Of a stretch of DNA of 64,000 bases, positions 29,951 to 40,070 are shown in pieces. Within the stretch, counting starts at the first letter, position 1. Every line of letters starts with the position of its first letter. The stretch comes from Endomicrobiales bacterium (GTDB lineage: Bacteria; Elusimicrobiota; Endomicrobiia; Endomicrobiales; CAWCFT01), in contig CAWCFT010000008.1 in the NCBI GenBank assembly GCA_963794945.1, forward strand, positions 1-64,000, given 5' to 3'. The notes beneath the pieces were generated by a model, which ran no database searches, was not told where the DNA came from, and saw only the letters and a list, made by a program, of their open reading frames with translations. The translations under genes and the position numbers were made by a program.

Positions 29951-30646
29951 TTATTTTTTCTTTTCTTCAGGCACGAACTTGAACCCCCTGCCAAAAACAG
30001 TCACAATCCTTTTTGACCATTTACCGAGGGCGTGGCGAAGGTTCTTAATATGTGTATCGATTGTCCTTGTGGTTATAAGCGCCTGGCATTCGAAAACGTT
30101 CTCTAGGATGAACTCCCTTGTCAACACAACGTTAGGCTTCGTAAGAAATACATGCAGCAGGTCAAATTCCTTGGGCCGCAAAGTCAACGCCTTTTTATTT
30201 AGATGAACGGTCCTTGAAATGAGGTTCAATTCCAAACCGTCGGCTTTTATCGATTCCACATTGTCTTTTCTGTTCGACCTTCTCAGCAGCGAACTGATCC
30301 TGGCTATAAGCTCTTTGCTGCTGAAAGGTTTGGTTACGTAATCATCCGCGCCCATCTCAAGCCCGATGACTTTATCAGTTTCGGAAGCCTCAACTGTCAA
30401 CATGATTATTGGGATCTTACTAGTCTGCGGATTTTGCCTCAATAGCCTGCACAGCTCTATGCCTCCGATACGCGGCACTTTAATATCGAGGATAACCAGA
30501 TCAGGCTGGGATTTAATGATCCTTAGATAGCCGTCTTCAGTGTTATCGCAGGTTATTACCATGTACTTCTCGCGCTCTAGCACATCTTCCAACAGCGACA
30601 GAAGGTGTTCATCATCATCTACTACAAGGATCTTTGTTGTAATCAT
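29951..30646 (-). CDS. OmpR/PhoB-family response regulator
   Basis: REC plus winged helix (RTIDTHIKNLR..TVFGRGF). Confidence 0.92.
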   Translation of the reverse strand: MITTKILVVDDDEHLLSLLEDVLEREKYMVITCDNTEDGYLRIIKSQPDLVILDIKVPRIGGIELCRLLRQNPQTSKIPIIMLTVEASETDKVIGLEMGADDYVTKPFSSKELIARISSLLRRSNRKDNVESIKADGLELNLISRTVHLNKKALTLRPKEFDLLHVFLTKPNVVLTREFILENVFECQALITTRTIDTHIKNLRHALGKWSKRIVTVFGRGFKFVPEEKKK

Positions 30647-31575
30647 TCTCTCCGCCTATCAACAACAAATGCGCTGACGCTTTGTTGTTTAGCAAGTTTT
30701 TTCAGTTCAGCGGCAATTTCGCTGAGCTGTCCGTAGTGCACTATCTTTGTGTGTTCTGTGTTTATTACAGCGATAGAAATTGTCATTATCGGGAACTGCT
30801 GTATATTGTTATTTCTGTCAGGGGCTATTATGAACCCCCTGTCCAAGTCCTCCTGATCATAATACGACCTGACCAATGCATCGAACTGCTTTATAACACT
30901 CTCTGCAACGGCCTTGTAGTGTTCCGGCGTTGTAAGAATAATAAAATCATCCCCGCCGATGTGGCCTATGAAGTCTCCCTTTTTCCCGAATTCTTTAATG
31001 CTGCGTATCAATATATTGGCTGTATTCTTGATGATATCATCTCCGCGCTTGAAACCGTAACAATCGTTGAAACTCTTGAAATTCGTTATGTCGAGATACA
31101 CCATGGCAAAAGGTATACCGGAGTTCATCCTTTTTTCTGTCTCGGATTTTATCACGATATTGCCGCACAAAAGTGTTAGCGGATTCGCATTTATACTCTG
31201 TGTCTTGCGCTCGAGTATAGCTTTTATACGTGCGATGAGCAGCGTGGGATTGAAAGGTTTGACTATATAATCATCTATCCCCAGAGCCAGGCCCTTTATC
31301 TCATCGTATTCACTGTCTTTACCTGTAAGCATTATTACAGGTTTATTGAAAAGTATGGGGTCAGACCTCATTACATTGACTACTTCGTAGCCGTCCATTT
31401 CCGGCATCATGCAGTCAAGAATTATTAGGTCAGGGTTTTCTTCATAGACCAACTCCAGGCCCTGCTTGCCGTTGAGAGCTGTAACAACGTCAAAATCGGC
31501 AAGCCCCAGTATGTCCTTTATAGTTTCCTGAAAGGACTCAGAATCGTCGACTACAAGTATTTTTTTGTTAGCCAT
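30643..31575 (-). CDS. Response regulator / diguanylate cyclase (REC-GGDEF, GGDDF variant)
   Basis: REC; NPLT.L.GN; FKSFND.YG..GD; GHIGGDDF. Confidence 0.9.
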   Translation of the reverse strand: MANKKILVVDDSESFQETIKDILGLADFDVVTALNGKQGLELVYEENPDLIILDCMMPEMDGYEVVNVMRSDPILFNKPVIMLTGKDSEYDEIKGLALGIDDYIVKPFNPTLLIARIKAILERKTQSINANPLTLLCGNIVIKSETEKRMNSGIPFAMVYLDITNFKSFNDCYGFKRGDDIIKNTANILIRSIKEFGKKGDFIGHIGGDDFIILTTPEHYKAVAESVIKQFDALVRSYYDQEDLDRGFIIAPDRNNNIQQFPIMTISIAVINTEHTKIVHYGQLSEIAAELKKLAKQQSVSAFVVDRRRE

Positions 31576-32686
31576 TTTCGTTCTTTCTTTTTTCCTCGCA
31601 GACCTCTCTTATCAGCGCCAGGACCTTTGTGGTGTCAAAAGGCTTGTACAAATAGTTGTATTTTTCTATCTTTTCGCTTTCCCCGGCATCTGAAGGCAGA
31701 AGGACAACCTCTGTATCGGGCCTGATTTCTTTTAATTTTGCCATCTTGGCCGCGCATTCCCCGACATTGAGCGCAGGGTTAATGAGCACCAGTTTAATGT
31801 CAAACCCTTCAATGTGTTTGAGAGCGCTGGCGCAATCAGTAACAACTGTCACGCCGTATCCGTGTTTCCCGAGCTCTATAGAGATCGTATTGGCAAGCGC
31901 ACTATCATTGTCAACTATCATAATGGACGCTTTATCCGGAAGCTTTTTTTCTTTAAGTATATCATCTACCGTGTTCTTCAGCTGGTTGATATTAATATCT
32001 TTGAGTTTCTTTGTCCCGACTGTTATTACCTCGCCGATGTCTCCGTTGACTTTTGTGGAGTTTATCATGATTATGCGGGGGTTATCCTCACCTGTAATAT
32101 TCTTGATCTTCTTGAATATATCTTCCGAATTTACCTGGCCTTTAATATTGACCAGAACAACTTCCTCGGCTTTTCTCGAGAACGATTCTTTAGCCTGCTG
32201 CTCGTCGGTAACCGAAATTACCTTATATCCCTTCTTGATCAATTCCTGGCGAGTCTTATCAATGAACTGATTTTCATCATCTATTAAAAGAATGGCTGTT
32301 TTCTTCTGTGAATCCTGGACTGTATCTATGATCGCGTTCATATCGAACGGCTTACTAATTATATCGTAAGCGCCTTCGCTTAGCGCCTGGTCTATCAGCT
32401 CCTGTTCAGCATTGGCAGTTATCATGAAAACCACTGTTTCGGGGCTGTATTTCTTTATGCCCCTGAAAGTATCAACGCCATTTATGCCCGGCATTTTGAT
32501 ATCAAGGAACGCCAGGTCAAATGACAACTCTTTCGCCTTTTCGATCGCCTCGAACCCGCTCTCGTAGGAATAGACTTCGTATCCCTCGATAACAAGCACA
32601 TCCGACATTGACTCCCTTATTCCTGACTGGTCGTCAACTATCAAGATCCTTCCTTTGCTGAATTTGTCGCCCATGTTTATCACCAA
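31568..32686 (-). CDS. Triple receiver-domain protein
   Basis: Three REC starts (ILIVDD, ILLIDD, IMIVDN); only the first keeps the phospho-Asp (FLDIKMP). Confidence 0.8.
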   Translation of the reverse strand: MVINMGDKFSKGRILIVDDQSGIRESMSDVLVIEGYEVYSYESGFEAIEKAKELSFDLAFLDIKMPGINGVDTFRGIKKYSPETVVFMITANAEQELIDQALSEGAYDIISKPFDMNAIIDTVQDSQKKTAILLIDDENQFIDKTRQELIKKGYKVISVTDEQQAKESFSRKAEEVVLVNIKGQVNSEDIFKKIKNITGEDNPRIIMINSTKVNGDIGEVITVGTKKLKDININQLKNTVDDILKEKKLPDKASIMIVDNDSALANTISIELGKHGYGVTVVTDCASALKHIEGFDIKLVLINPALNVGECAAKMAKLKEIRPDTEVVLLPSDAGESEKIEKYNYLYKPFDTTKVLALIREVCEEKRKNENG

Positions 32687-32782
32687 TTTGAGATTTAGAG
32701 ATCGAAATAATGCAATCTATGAAAGAGTGAAGCACTGATTCTTAACCCTTTCAATTTTTGCGATTTCCAAACCAGAATTATA

Positions 32783-33710
32783 CTATGCCTTTCTCCTATC
32801 GACCACATAAGAGCTTTTTTCGTTCTTCTTAGCTATTTTTTTGAGTTCCGCTGCGATTCCGCTCAGCTGACCGTAATGCATAACTTTAGTAAGAGATGTT
32901 GATATTATTGCCAGCGCGATAGTCATAAAAGAAAATTTCTTCGTCTTGTTTTCTCTGTCAACAGAAATTATAAAACCCTTTTTTTCGGTCATCCTCATCA
33001 TAATGTTCAGGGATGGACTGATCAAAAAGCTCTATCACTTTTTTTGCCAGCACTTCGTAGTTATCCGGAGCGGTGATCATAATAAAATCATCACCGCCGA
33101 TATGTCCAATGAAGTCGCCTTTCCTTCCGCATTCGCGGCTCGCACGCAAAAGGATGTTCGCGGTGGCTTTTATTACTTCATCTCCCCTGTCAAAACCGTA
33201 CTTATCATTAAAACTCTTGAAGTTGTTTATATCAAGGTACAGCATCGAGAACGGGCACCCCATCGAAATCCTTTTCTCGGCTTCGGCCTTTATAGTCTCG
33301 TTGCCGGACAGGAGCGTAAGAGGGTTCGCATTCATGCTCTGTTCCTTGCGCTCAAGTATAGTCTTGACCCTCGCAAGAAGAAGCGTTGCCTTAAAGGGTT
33401 TTGTTATGTAATCGTCAACTCCAAGTTTTAACCCCCTGATTTCATCATATTCGCTGTTTCGCACACTGAGCATAATCACCGGTTTGTGCAGCAACATGGG
33501 ATCCTGCCTCATGCGCTCCAGCATTTCGTAGCCGTCCATGACCGGCATCGAACAGTCCATGATCACAAGGTCCGGCGACTCATCGTAGACCATCTTGAGC
33601 CCGTCTTTGCCGTCATTAGCCGTGACTACGTTAAAATCCGCAAGAGAAAGTATGTCTTTAAGCATTTCCTGCAGGCTTGGTTCGTCATCAACAACAAGTA
33701 TTTTTTTCAT
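32783..33710 (-). CDS. Second REC-GGDEF (GGDDF) paralog, frameshifted near 32985
   Basis: Close paralog of 30643-31575; the shift is at a poly-T run and the C-terminus is in the 32783-33025 frame. Confidence 0.85.
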
Positions 33711-35161
33711 ATTTTTTTATTTAAAAGGGCCGGCGCATTTACCGGAAGAATGAACTTAAAAGTTGACCCTTTACCAAGAGTGCTTTCAACCCAGATCTTG
33801 CCTTCGTGCAGCTTAATGATCTCGGCGACTATAGCAAGGCCAAGGCCGGTACCCTTTGGCTTTTTGTTCTGTGACTCCTGAACCTGAAAAAATTTATCGA
33901 ACACCTTTGGCAGAGCATCAGCTGGTATCCCGATACCCGTATCAGCTATCCGAACCTCAATAAACTTCGGCACATTGGTCCCTTGAGCTTTTATGGCCCT
34001 GGCGCTAACAGTAATTTCGGCGTTCGCCGCAGTAAATTTCATGGCATTGCCGATCAGGTTCGTTATTACCTGTTTTATTTTTTCGGGGTCAATTTCTATC
34101 TTAGGGATCTCACCAACAGATTCATATCTAAGCTTTTTGCCCTGTTGCGCCGCGAGCGATTCAAAAAGTGAAACTATTTCCTGTGCAATGTCGCTGACGT
34201 TTATAGAAGTTTTCCGGATTTCAAACTTGCCAGCCTTTATTTTTGCGAGGTCTAATATATTGTTTATAAAGTTAGTAAGCCTTATCGTTGCCTCTTTCAT
34301 TATTTTAAGGCCTTTCTCCTGTTTATCCGGGGTCATTCCTTTATCAAGCCCTTCCAGGAGCAATTCACAGTAGCCGTCTATAGCCGCTAGCGGAGATCGA
34401 AGCTCGTGTGAAACGCTGGAGACAAACCCATCCTTTAATTCATCAAGTTCTTTTAGTTTCATCACCATCTTATTGAACGACTTTCCGAATTTACCAAGTT
34501 CATCCTTTCGGTTGATCTTAACCTGAACATCTAGGTTTCCGCTGCCAAGTTCATCCGCGGCCTTGGCAAGAGCCCTGATAGGCTCATTAAGATAATACGC
34601 GAGGACGTTTGCCAGGATTATGCCGATTATCAGTGCGAGCATGGCCGCGAGAATTATATTTTTTTCGACCAGCCACAGCCCCTCGCTTATCTGCTGGTCA
34701 AGATAGCTGTAAGAAAATCCGGCTCTAATTGTTCCTTTGTACTCGTTCTGTATATAAAATGGGTGTGAGAATTCCAATATTCTTTCACCTATGCCTGAAA
34801 CAACTTCGCTCTGTCCTGGCCGGTCTGCTTTGACCATCCTTTTCTTGAGGGTATTCTCCTGGTCAGGGTCCCTTGACGCAAAAAGCACCGTATCGGTAGG
34901 CGATATATAGCCTGCATAAACAATGGCCGGATTGTGGGTCTTAATAATCGATTTTATAGTATTAAAGACCTGTATCTGATCATTAACAACAAGGGCTTCG
35001 TTGCAGGCGTAAGAAAAATCTTTGAATATTTTGTTCCTGTTTTCTTCGATTTGCGATGTAAGGAGGTTTTTTTGCGTTAAAAATATGCTTCCTGAGATCC
35101 CGAGGATTATGAATAGGATCAGGAAAGATATGTAGAGAGTGAACTTCGTTCTTAAACTCAT
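33707..35161 (-). CDS. HAMP-domain sensor histidine kinase
   Basis: Two TM segments, HAMP, SHELRSPL H-box, N/G1/F/G2 boxes. Confidence 0.93.
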   Translation of the reverse strand: MSLRTKFTLYISFLILFIILGISGSIFLTQKNLLTSQIEENRNKIFKDFSYACNEALVVNDQIQVFNTIKSIIKTHNPAIVYAGYISPTDTVLFASRDPDQENTLKKRMVKADRPGQSEVVSGIGERILEFSHPFYIQNEYKGTIRAGFSYSYLDQQISEGLWLVEKNIILAAMLALIIGIILANVLAYYLNEPIRALAKAADELGSGNLDVQVKINRKDELGKFGKSFNKMVMKLKELDELKDGFVSSVSHELRSPLAAIDGYCELLLEGLDKGMTPDKQEKGLKIMKEATIRLTNFINNILDLAKIKAGKFEIRKTSINVSDIAQEIVSLFESLAAQQGKKLRYESVGEIPKIEIDPEKIKQVITNLIGNAMKFTAANAEITVSARAIKAQGTNVPKFIEVRIADTGIGIPADALPKVFDKFFQVQESQNKKPKGTGLGLAIVAEIIKLHEGKIWVESTLGKGSTFKFILPVNAPALLNKKI

Positions 35162-35188
35162 ATTTTAGAGGAAGTGAACAAAAGACTT

Positions 35189-35249
35189 TAGAGAGTAAGA
35201 GAACTGAGCTGCCGCATTAAGCGCAACTCTGCTATTCTCTTACTCTCTA
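35189..35249. repeat. Palindromic periodic element (family E)
   Basis: TAGAGAGTAAGAGAA / TTCTCTTACTCTCTA 15-bp inverted pair. Confidence 0.6.
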
Positions 35250-35383
35250 TCTCTCTTAGAGCTGATCCCAAAGGACCAACTGATTATAGCAATTACAAAT
35301 TAACTCGCTGATTATGACGTATATCGGCCTTTCGGTCTATATGATCATAGCTAAACAATTACTACATTTGTTTGAATGAAATA

Positions 35384-35674
35384 CTATTCTTCTTCTCTCT
35401 GTTCTATATTGATGACTACTCCGCCGACTTTTCCCACCACCCAGTTATAGAGCCATGATATAAGCGCTATGCCAACGAACATAATAACTGTATAAAGCAC
35501 AACGAATATGAGCCAGGAAAGCAGTTTTGCACCGAACGCGAGATCCTTCGCAATTTCAGTTGGAAAAAGAAAGAACGTAAAAATACCGATTACCGCACCG
35601 AGGATACCGAACACAACGGGAACATTCTTCAACAGTGATTTGACAGCAATGTTTTTTACTTCATAAGCAGCCAT
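35384..35674 (-). CDS. Small membrane protein (DUF3566-like)
   Basis: Two TM helices, LYNWV..KVGGV.I motif, GGAGG RBS. Confidence 0.6.
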   Translation of the reverse strand: MAAYEVKNIAVKSLLKNVPVVFGILGAVIGIFTFFLFPTEIAKDLAFGAKLLSWLIFVVLYTVIMFVGIALISWLYNWVVGKVGGVVINIEQREEE

Positions 35675-35894
35675 GATTCCTCCTTTTTATTTTGCAGAAT
35701 CTCTTCTGCAGTTCTCAACTTAACTCTTCTTTCAGTAACACCTGCTTCTTTCAACCACCTCCTCGGAATTTTTGAATAATAACAAGTTTTACTTTATTTT
35801 TAAATCAGTTTTAAAAATTATAGCAGAGATGCCATTGTTTGTCAATGACAGCATTATAATTAATGAACATTAAGACTCTATATATAATTTTCAA

Positions 35895-36887
35895 TTACTT
35901 TTTATAGAGCTTCTTCATGTCATCAAGCGACATAGGCTTGTAATCACCGGCATGTCCATTCGTGCCAAAATCTAGCATTTTTGTCTCTATTAGCGCAGCC
36001 AGCTGTTCGCGGGCGGGTCCGAGGTAATCGCGCGGGTCAAATTTTTCCGGTTGGGTCGCGAACACTTCCCTTATCGCACCGGTCACGGCAAGCCTTCCGT
36101 CTGTGTCAACGTTTATCTTAGAAACCCCCATCTTTATGGCTTTCTTGAGGTGTTCCATGGGAACGCCCGTAGCGCCCGGCATCTTGCCGCCGTATTTGTT
36201 GACTTTGTCTATTAATGCCTGCGGCACAGATGAAGCGCCGTGAAGCACGAGAGGAATGTCGATAAGCTTGCGAACCTTCTCGAGCACGTCAAAAGCGAGT
36301 TCTTTGCTGCCTTTGAATTTGTACGCGCCGTGCGATGTGCCGATGGCTATTGCGAGCGCGTCTAGCTTGGTCGCATCAACGAACTTTTTTGCTTCATCCG
36401 GGTCTGTAACATGGATCGAGCCTGAACCTACGCCGTCTTCTATTCCGCCTAAGCGCCCTATCTCGCCTTCAACAGTTACGCCGTATTGGTGCGCGTACTC
36501 AACAACCGAGCGAGTCACTTTGACGTTGTAATCGAAATCGGAAGCGGTTTTGCCGTCTTCCATAAGCGAACCGTCAATCATGACCGACGAAAAGCCGAGG
36601 TCTATCGCCTTTTTGCAGGAATCAAGCGAATTGCCATGGTCAAGGTGCATCGCGGTCGGTATGTCCGGATTCTCTATAACGGCGGCCTTCATGAGATAGC
36701 CAAGGTATGTGAAGTTTGCGTACTTGAGGGCTCCGCGGCTGGCCTGTATTATTACGGGTGATTTTGTTTTCTGGGCGGACTGCATTATCGCCTGGACCTG
36801 CTCCATGTTGTTAACATTGTAGGCCCCTACTCCATAGCCTTTTTTTCTTGCTTCTTCTAAGATCTGCTTCATTGGTACAAGTGCCAT
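35895..36887 (-). CDS. fba: Class II fructose-1,6-bisphosphate aldolase
   Basis: HLDHG, SVMIDGS, AIGTSHGAYK, LVLHGASS, KINVDTD. Confidence 0.96.
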   Translation of the reverse strand: MALVPMKQILEEARKKGYGVGAYNVNNMEQVQAIMQSAQKTKSPVIIQASRGALKYANFTYLGYLMKAAVIENPDIPTAMHLDHGNSLDSCKKAIDLGFSSVMIDGSLMEDGKTASDFDYNVKVTRSVVEYAHQYGVTVEGEIGRLGGIEDGVGSGSIHVTDPDEAKKFVDATKLDALAIAIGTSHGAYKFKGSKELAFDVLEKVRKLIDIPLVLHGASSVPQALIDKVNKYGGKMPGATGVPMEHLKKAIKMGVSKINVDTDGRLAVTGAIREVFATQPEKFDPRDYLGPAREQLAALIETKMLDFGTNGHAGDYKPMSLDDMKKLYKK

Positions 36888-37057
36888 TTTACTTTCTCCT
36901 TTTTTTGTTTATGATCAAGCCGCAAGAGGCGCAAGCCCAAACAAATCCGGACCGCAAGACTCTATGCTACTTCAATGCGCGATGCACCCAGTTCTCAAAT
37001 TATATACTAAATTGTACGAAATAATTCTCAGCTAGTGGTGAAAATATTGTGAATATA

Positions 37058-38068
37058 TTATTTTTTTTCTTTTTTCGCCTTCACATCTTTCTTGCCGGAG
37101 GGCTTATCCTCGAAAGTACCCATCTTCCTGAACTTATCGTAACGGTCACGAGCGATCTCGTCCGGTGTATGTTTTGAGAGCTCTTTGATATGTTTAATGA
37201 GGCTTTCTTTGATCTTCTTCGCCGTAAACTGGTAATCGCGGTGAGCGCCGCCCAGCGGTTCTTCGATGATTTCGTCTACTACACCAATCTTCTGCAAGTC
37301 CTGGGCAGTGATCTTGAGTGCCGTCGCGGCATCGGCGGCCTTTGGCCGCGTCACGGAAAAGTATCGCCGCGCACCCTTCGGGTGATATTACTGAATAATA
37401 GGCATTCTCGAGCATCAGTATCCTGTTCGCCACACCGATCCCCAAAGCTCCGCCCGAACCGCCCTCACCTATCACAACGCATACTATGGGCACCCTGAGG
37501 TCTGACATCTCCCTTAGGTTCCTTGCTATTGCTTCGGCCTGCGCCCGCGTTCTTCAGCGGCTATACCTGGATATGCGCCGGGTGTATCAACGAACGTTAC
37601 CACGCTTAGCCCGAATTTTTCTGCGAGCTTCATTATCCTCAAAGCTTTCCTGTAACCTTCGGGATGAGCCATCGCGAAGTTGCGGTCAAGATTTTCCTGA
37701 AGGCTGCGTCCTTTCTGGTGTCCTATTACAGCTACCGGCATACCATCCAACGAGCCTATTCCGCATATCATCGCTTTGTCATCTGTGAAAGACCTGTCGC
37801 CGTGAAGCTCGATAAAATCGGTGAGCATGAGCCTTATGTAATCCAGAGAGAACGGGCGTTTTGGGTGCCTTGCGAGCTGCACCCTCTGCCACGTGCTCAA
37901 CGACCCGTATATCTGGTTTTTCATCACATCAAGTTTTTCTTCGAGCGCCTTGATCTCTCCGGAATGGTCCATCGTTTCTTCCGGCCCGGGATTTCTAAGG
38001 TTTAATATCCTTTCTTCAAGCTCGATTATTGGTTTTTCAAATTCCAACCCTTTTATTTCTTCTGCCAT
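37058..38068 (-). CDS. accA: Acetyl-CoA carboxylase carboxyltransferase alpha (frameshifts near 37543 and 37340)
   Basis: [49 protein letters not shown] spread over three frames. Confidence 0.93.
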
Positions 38069-38130
38069 TAGTGAAACCTCATTTTATTTATAATTTTCAG
38101 GGTCTTTGTCTGCAATGTTCACATCTTGAT

Positions 38131-38829
38131 CTAAAACTTGCCCAGGTAACCTATTCGCAGTATTCTCTCGGCTTGCCTGCCCGAAGCCCCCATGTCGCGT
38201 CCGGCAATGTCTATACTTAAATAATTTGTGACAAAAAATCTTACGCCAAGGTTCAAACGGCTGTCCGGGAGGTAATTGACGTTGTCATACTCCGCGAGAA
38301 AATAGAATTTTTCTTCCAGATTGAAATTCACGCTCGCAAAACCATAGATCGTGTTTGTCTTAAAATCGTTCATGTTCGCGCCGAAATTCATTTCAAACCC
38401 GGGGAAAAAATATTCCCTCCCGAAAACCACGAATATCCCTTTCTCTTTCTCCGTGTATGTGCCGGAGGATTTATTGTAGGAATAGCCCTGTCCATCGTAG
38501 CCGAACGCGAACGCCGGAAGTATCATCCCACCGGAAAATGGTTTGATTTTCAAGGACAACGCGGGAGGCGCCACAGTTATGTCCTGCGAGCCGATAGCAT
38601 TCGACACTTCCCAGCCGAAACCAACGTTCACTATCTTGAATACTCCGAAATCAAGCCGGGTTAATATACCGCCTTCGTTAAAAAGCCTGAAATTCAGGTC
38701 ATAGGCGCCGTAATCCAGCATACCCACGGCCGGCGTATCTATTATTCGGGTTGGCTCAAGGGATTCAGCGGCCTCAACCATCGTAAAAACAAACACCAGC
38801 AGGGCCGCCGCTAATAACTTTTTCTTCAT
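38131..38829 (-). CDS. Putative outer-membrane beta-barrel protein (YjbH-like)
   Basis: Signal peptide, IIDTP.., amphipathic strands, C-terminal Phe. Confidence 0.6.
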   Translation of the reverse strand: MKKKLLAAALLVFVFTMVEAAESLEPTRIIDTPAVGMLDYGAYDLNFRLFNEGGILTRLDFGVFKIVNVGFGWEVSNAIGSQDITVAPPALSLKIKPFSGGMILPAFAFGYDGQGYSYNKSSGTYTEKEKGIFVVFGREYFFPGFEMNFGANMNDFKTNTIYGFASVNFNLEEKFYFLAEYDNVNYLPDSRLNLGVRFFVTNYLSIDIAGRDMGASGRQAERILRIGYLGKF

Positions 38830-39827
38830 TGATTAGTGCCCTGATTAGTGCTGCTTTTGGTTTTTGTTGAGGTTTTAGGCTTTGAGGTAACAAGGTTAGG
38901 ATAAAGCGCCTTTATTTTCTGGAGCGCCCCAATAACAGTTTGTTGGACTCCCGGGTCGACATCGTTTTTAGCTCTGTTTAACGCAGCCAAAGCGTCGGGC
39001 GAGTTCATGTCCCCAAGCATCGTGGCCGCGCTCATTCTTGTGCCGGGATCTTTATCAGTTATAGCCTTTAAAAGCACGTTTAGCCCGGCAGTCGAGCCTA
39101 TTTTTGTCAGGGCTCCTGCCGCTGCTAATTGCTCGCTTTTATCCGTAGAAGCAAGCGAAGTTGTAAAAGCTGATTCACTATCCTTGTCGCCAAAATTGCC
39201 GCAAATTGAAACTGCCTCAGCGCGTATCGAAGGATCCGAGTCTTTCATCGCGTCGCGAATCGCGCCTAGAGACGACTTGTCATTGATCCTGCCAAGCGCG
39301 TTCAGGCATGACCGGCGCATGCCGGCATTCTTGTCTTTTAAACCTTCCGAAAGAGCAGGGATAGCAGATGTAGCGCGTAGCGACCCCAGCGCGTTCGCGG
39401 ACGCAAAACGGACGCCGTCAGATGGGTCTTTCAGGGCCGCGACAAGGTCTTGAATGGTCGATTGGTCGCCAATATAGTTCAACGCCACTGCCGCGCTTTG
39501 CCGTACGTTTTCCTGTGGATCTTTGTGAAGCAGATCAGCGATAGCTCTTGCAGCGGCGTTCGCGCGCATAAGCCCCAGCGACTCAATTGCGGCCGAGCGT
39601 ACAAAGGCATTATTGTCCGTAAGAGCGCTCTGCAGCGGATCAATAGCCGCCGAGTTCCTGAGCATACCAAGAGCTTCCGCGGCTTGTCTGCGGATCGAAG
39701 GGTCAGCATTTTTCAGTTTTGTGATGTTATCGGAAAGCTGATCGGAAGGAGCTGCAGCATCTGCGGCATAAAGCGGGAATGCTAAAACCAAGCAGAAAAA
39801 TAAAGCCAACCCTGTTTTTCTTGACAT
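38826..39827 (-). CDS. Exported HEAT-repeat (PBS lyase-like) protein
   Basis: GGAGGAG RBS before ATG 39827; signal peptide; about nine VR..AA.ALG repeats. Confidence 0.85.
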   Translation of the reverse strand: MSRKTGLALFFCLVLAFPLYAADAAAPSDQLSDNITKLKNADPSIRRQAAEALGMLRNSAAIDPLQSALTDNNAFVRSAAIESLGLMRANAAARAIADLLHKDPQENVRQSAAVALNYIGDQSTIQDLVAALKDPSDGVRFASANALGSLRATSAIPALSEGLKDKNAGMRRSCLNALGRINDKSSLGAIRDAMKDSDPSIRAEAVSICGNFGDKDSESAFTTSLASTDKSEQLAAAGALTKIGSTAGLNVLLKAITDKDPGTRMSAATMLGDMNSPDALAALNRAKNDVDPGVQQTVIGALQKIKALYPNLVTSKPKTSTKTKSSTNQGTNQ

Positions 39828-40070
39828 TTTACTCCTCCCATAAGTCTTACCCCGCCATAGGCAGGGCTTACTGTCATTTAAACTGAAAGGCTCTTTCAAT
39901 TATTAACTTAATCGAATAGATTCTACTTTTTTTGGAGTATATTGTCAAAGTGTTGAGCTCATAATTGTATCTCATCATGGGAAGCTGTGATGCTTGGCAT
40001 GCCTGCCGATGAGGCGAGTCTATTATAAATTCAGCCCGAGCGCCTCTTTTTATGGTAAAATATTACCGCT

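Noticed and set aside
30643..33710. Hypr-type (cGAMP-making) GGDEF enzymes
   Set aside because: Both retain Asp in ND.YG..GD rather than the Ser/Thr typical of Hypr enzymes.
39970..40016. CTCATC..GATGAG three-way fold upstream of the spermidine-synthase-like gene (SAM riboswitch or hammerhead)
   Set aside because: Too short and lacks the conserved cores of either class.
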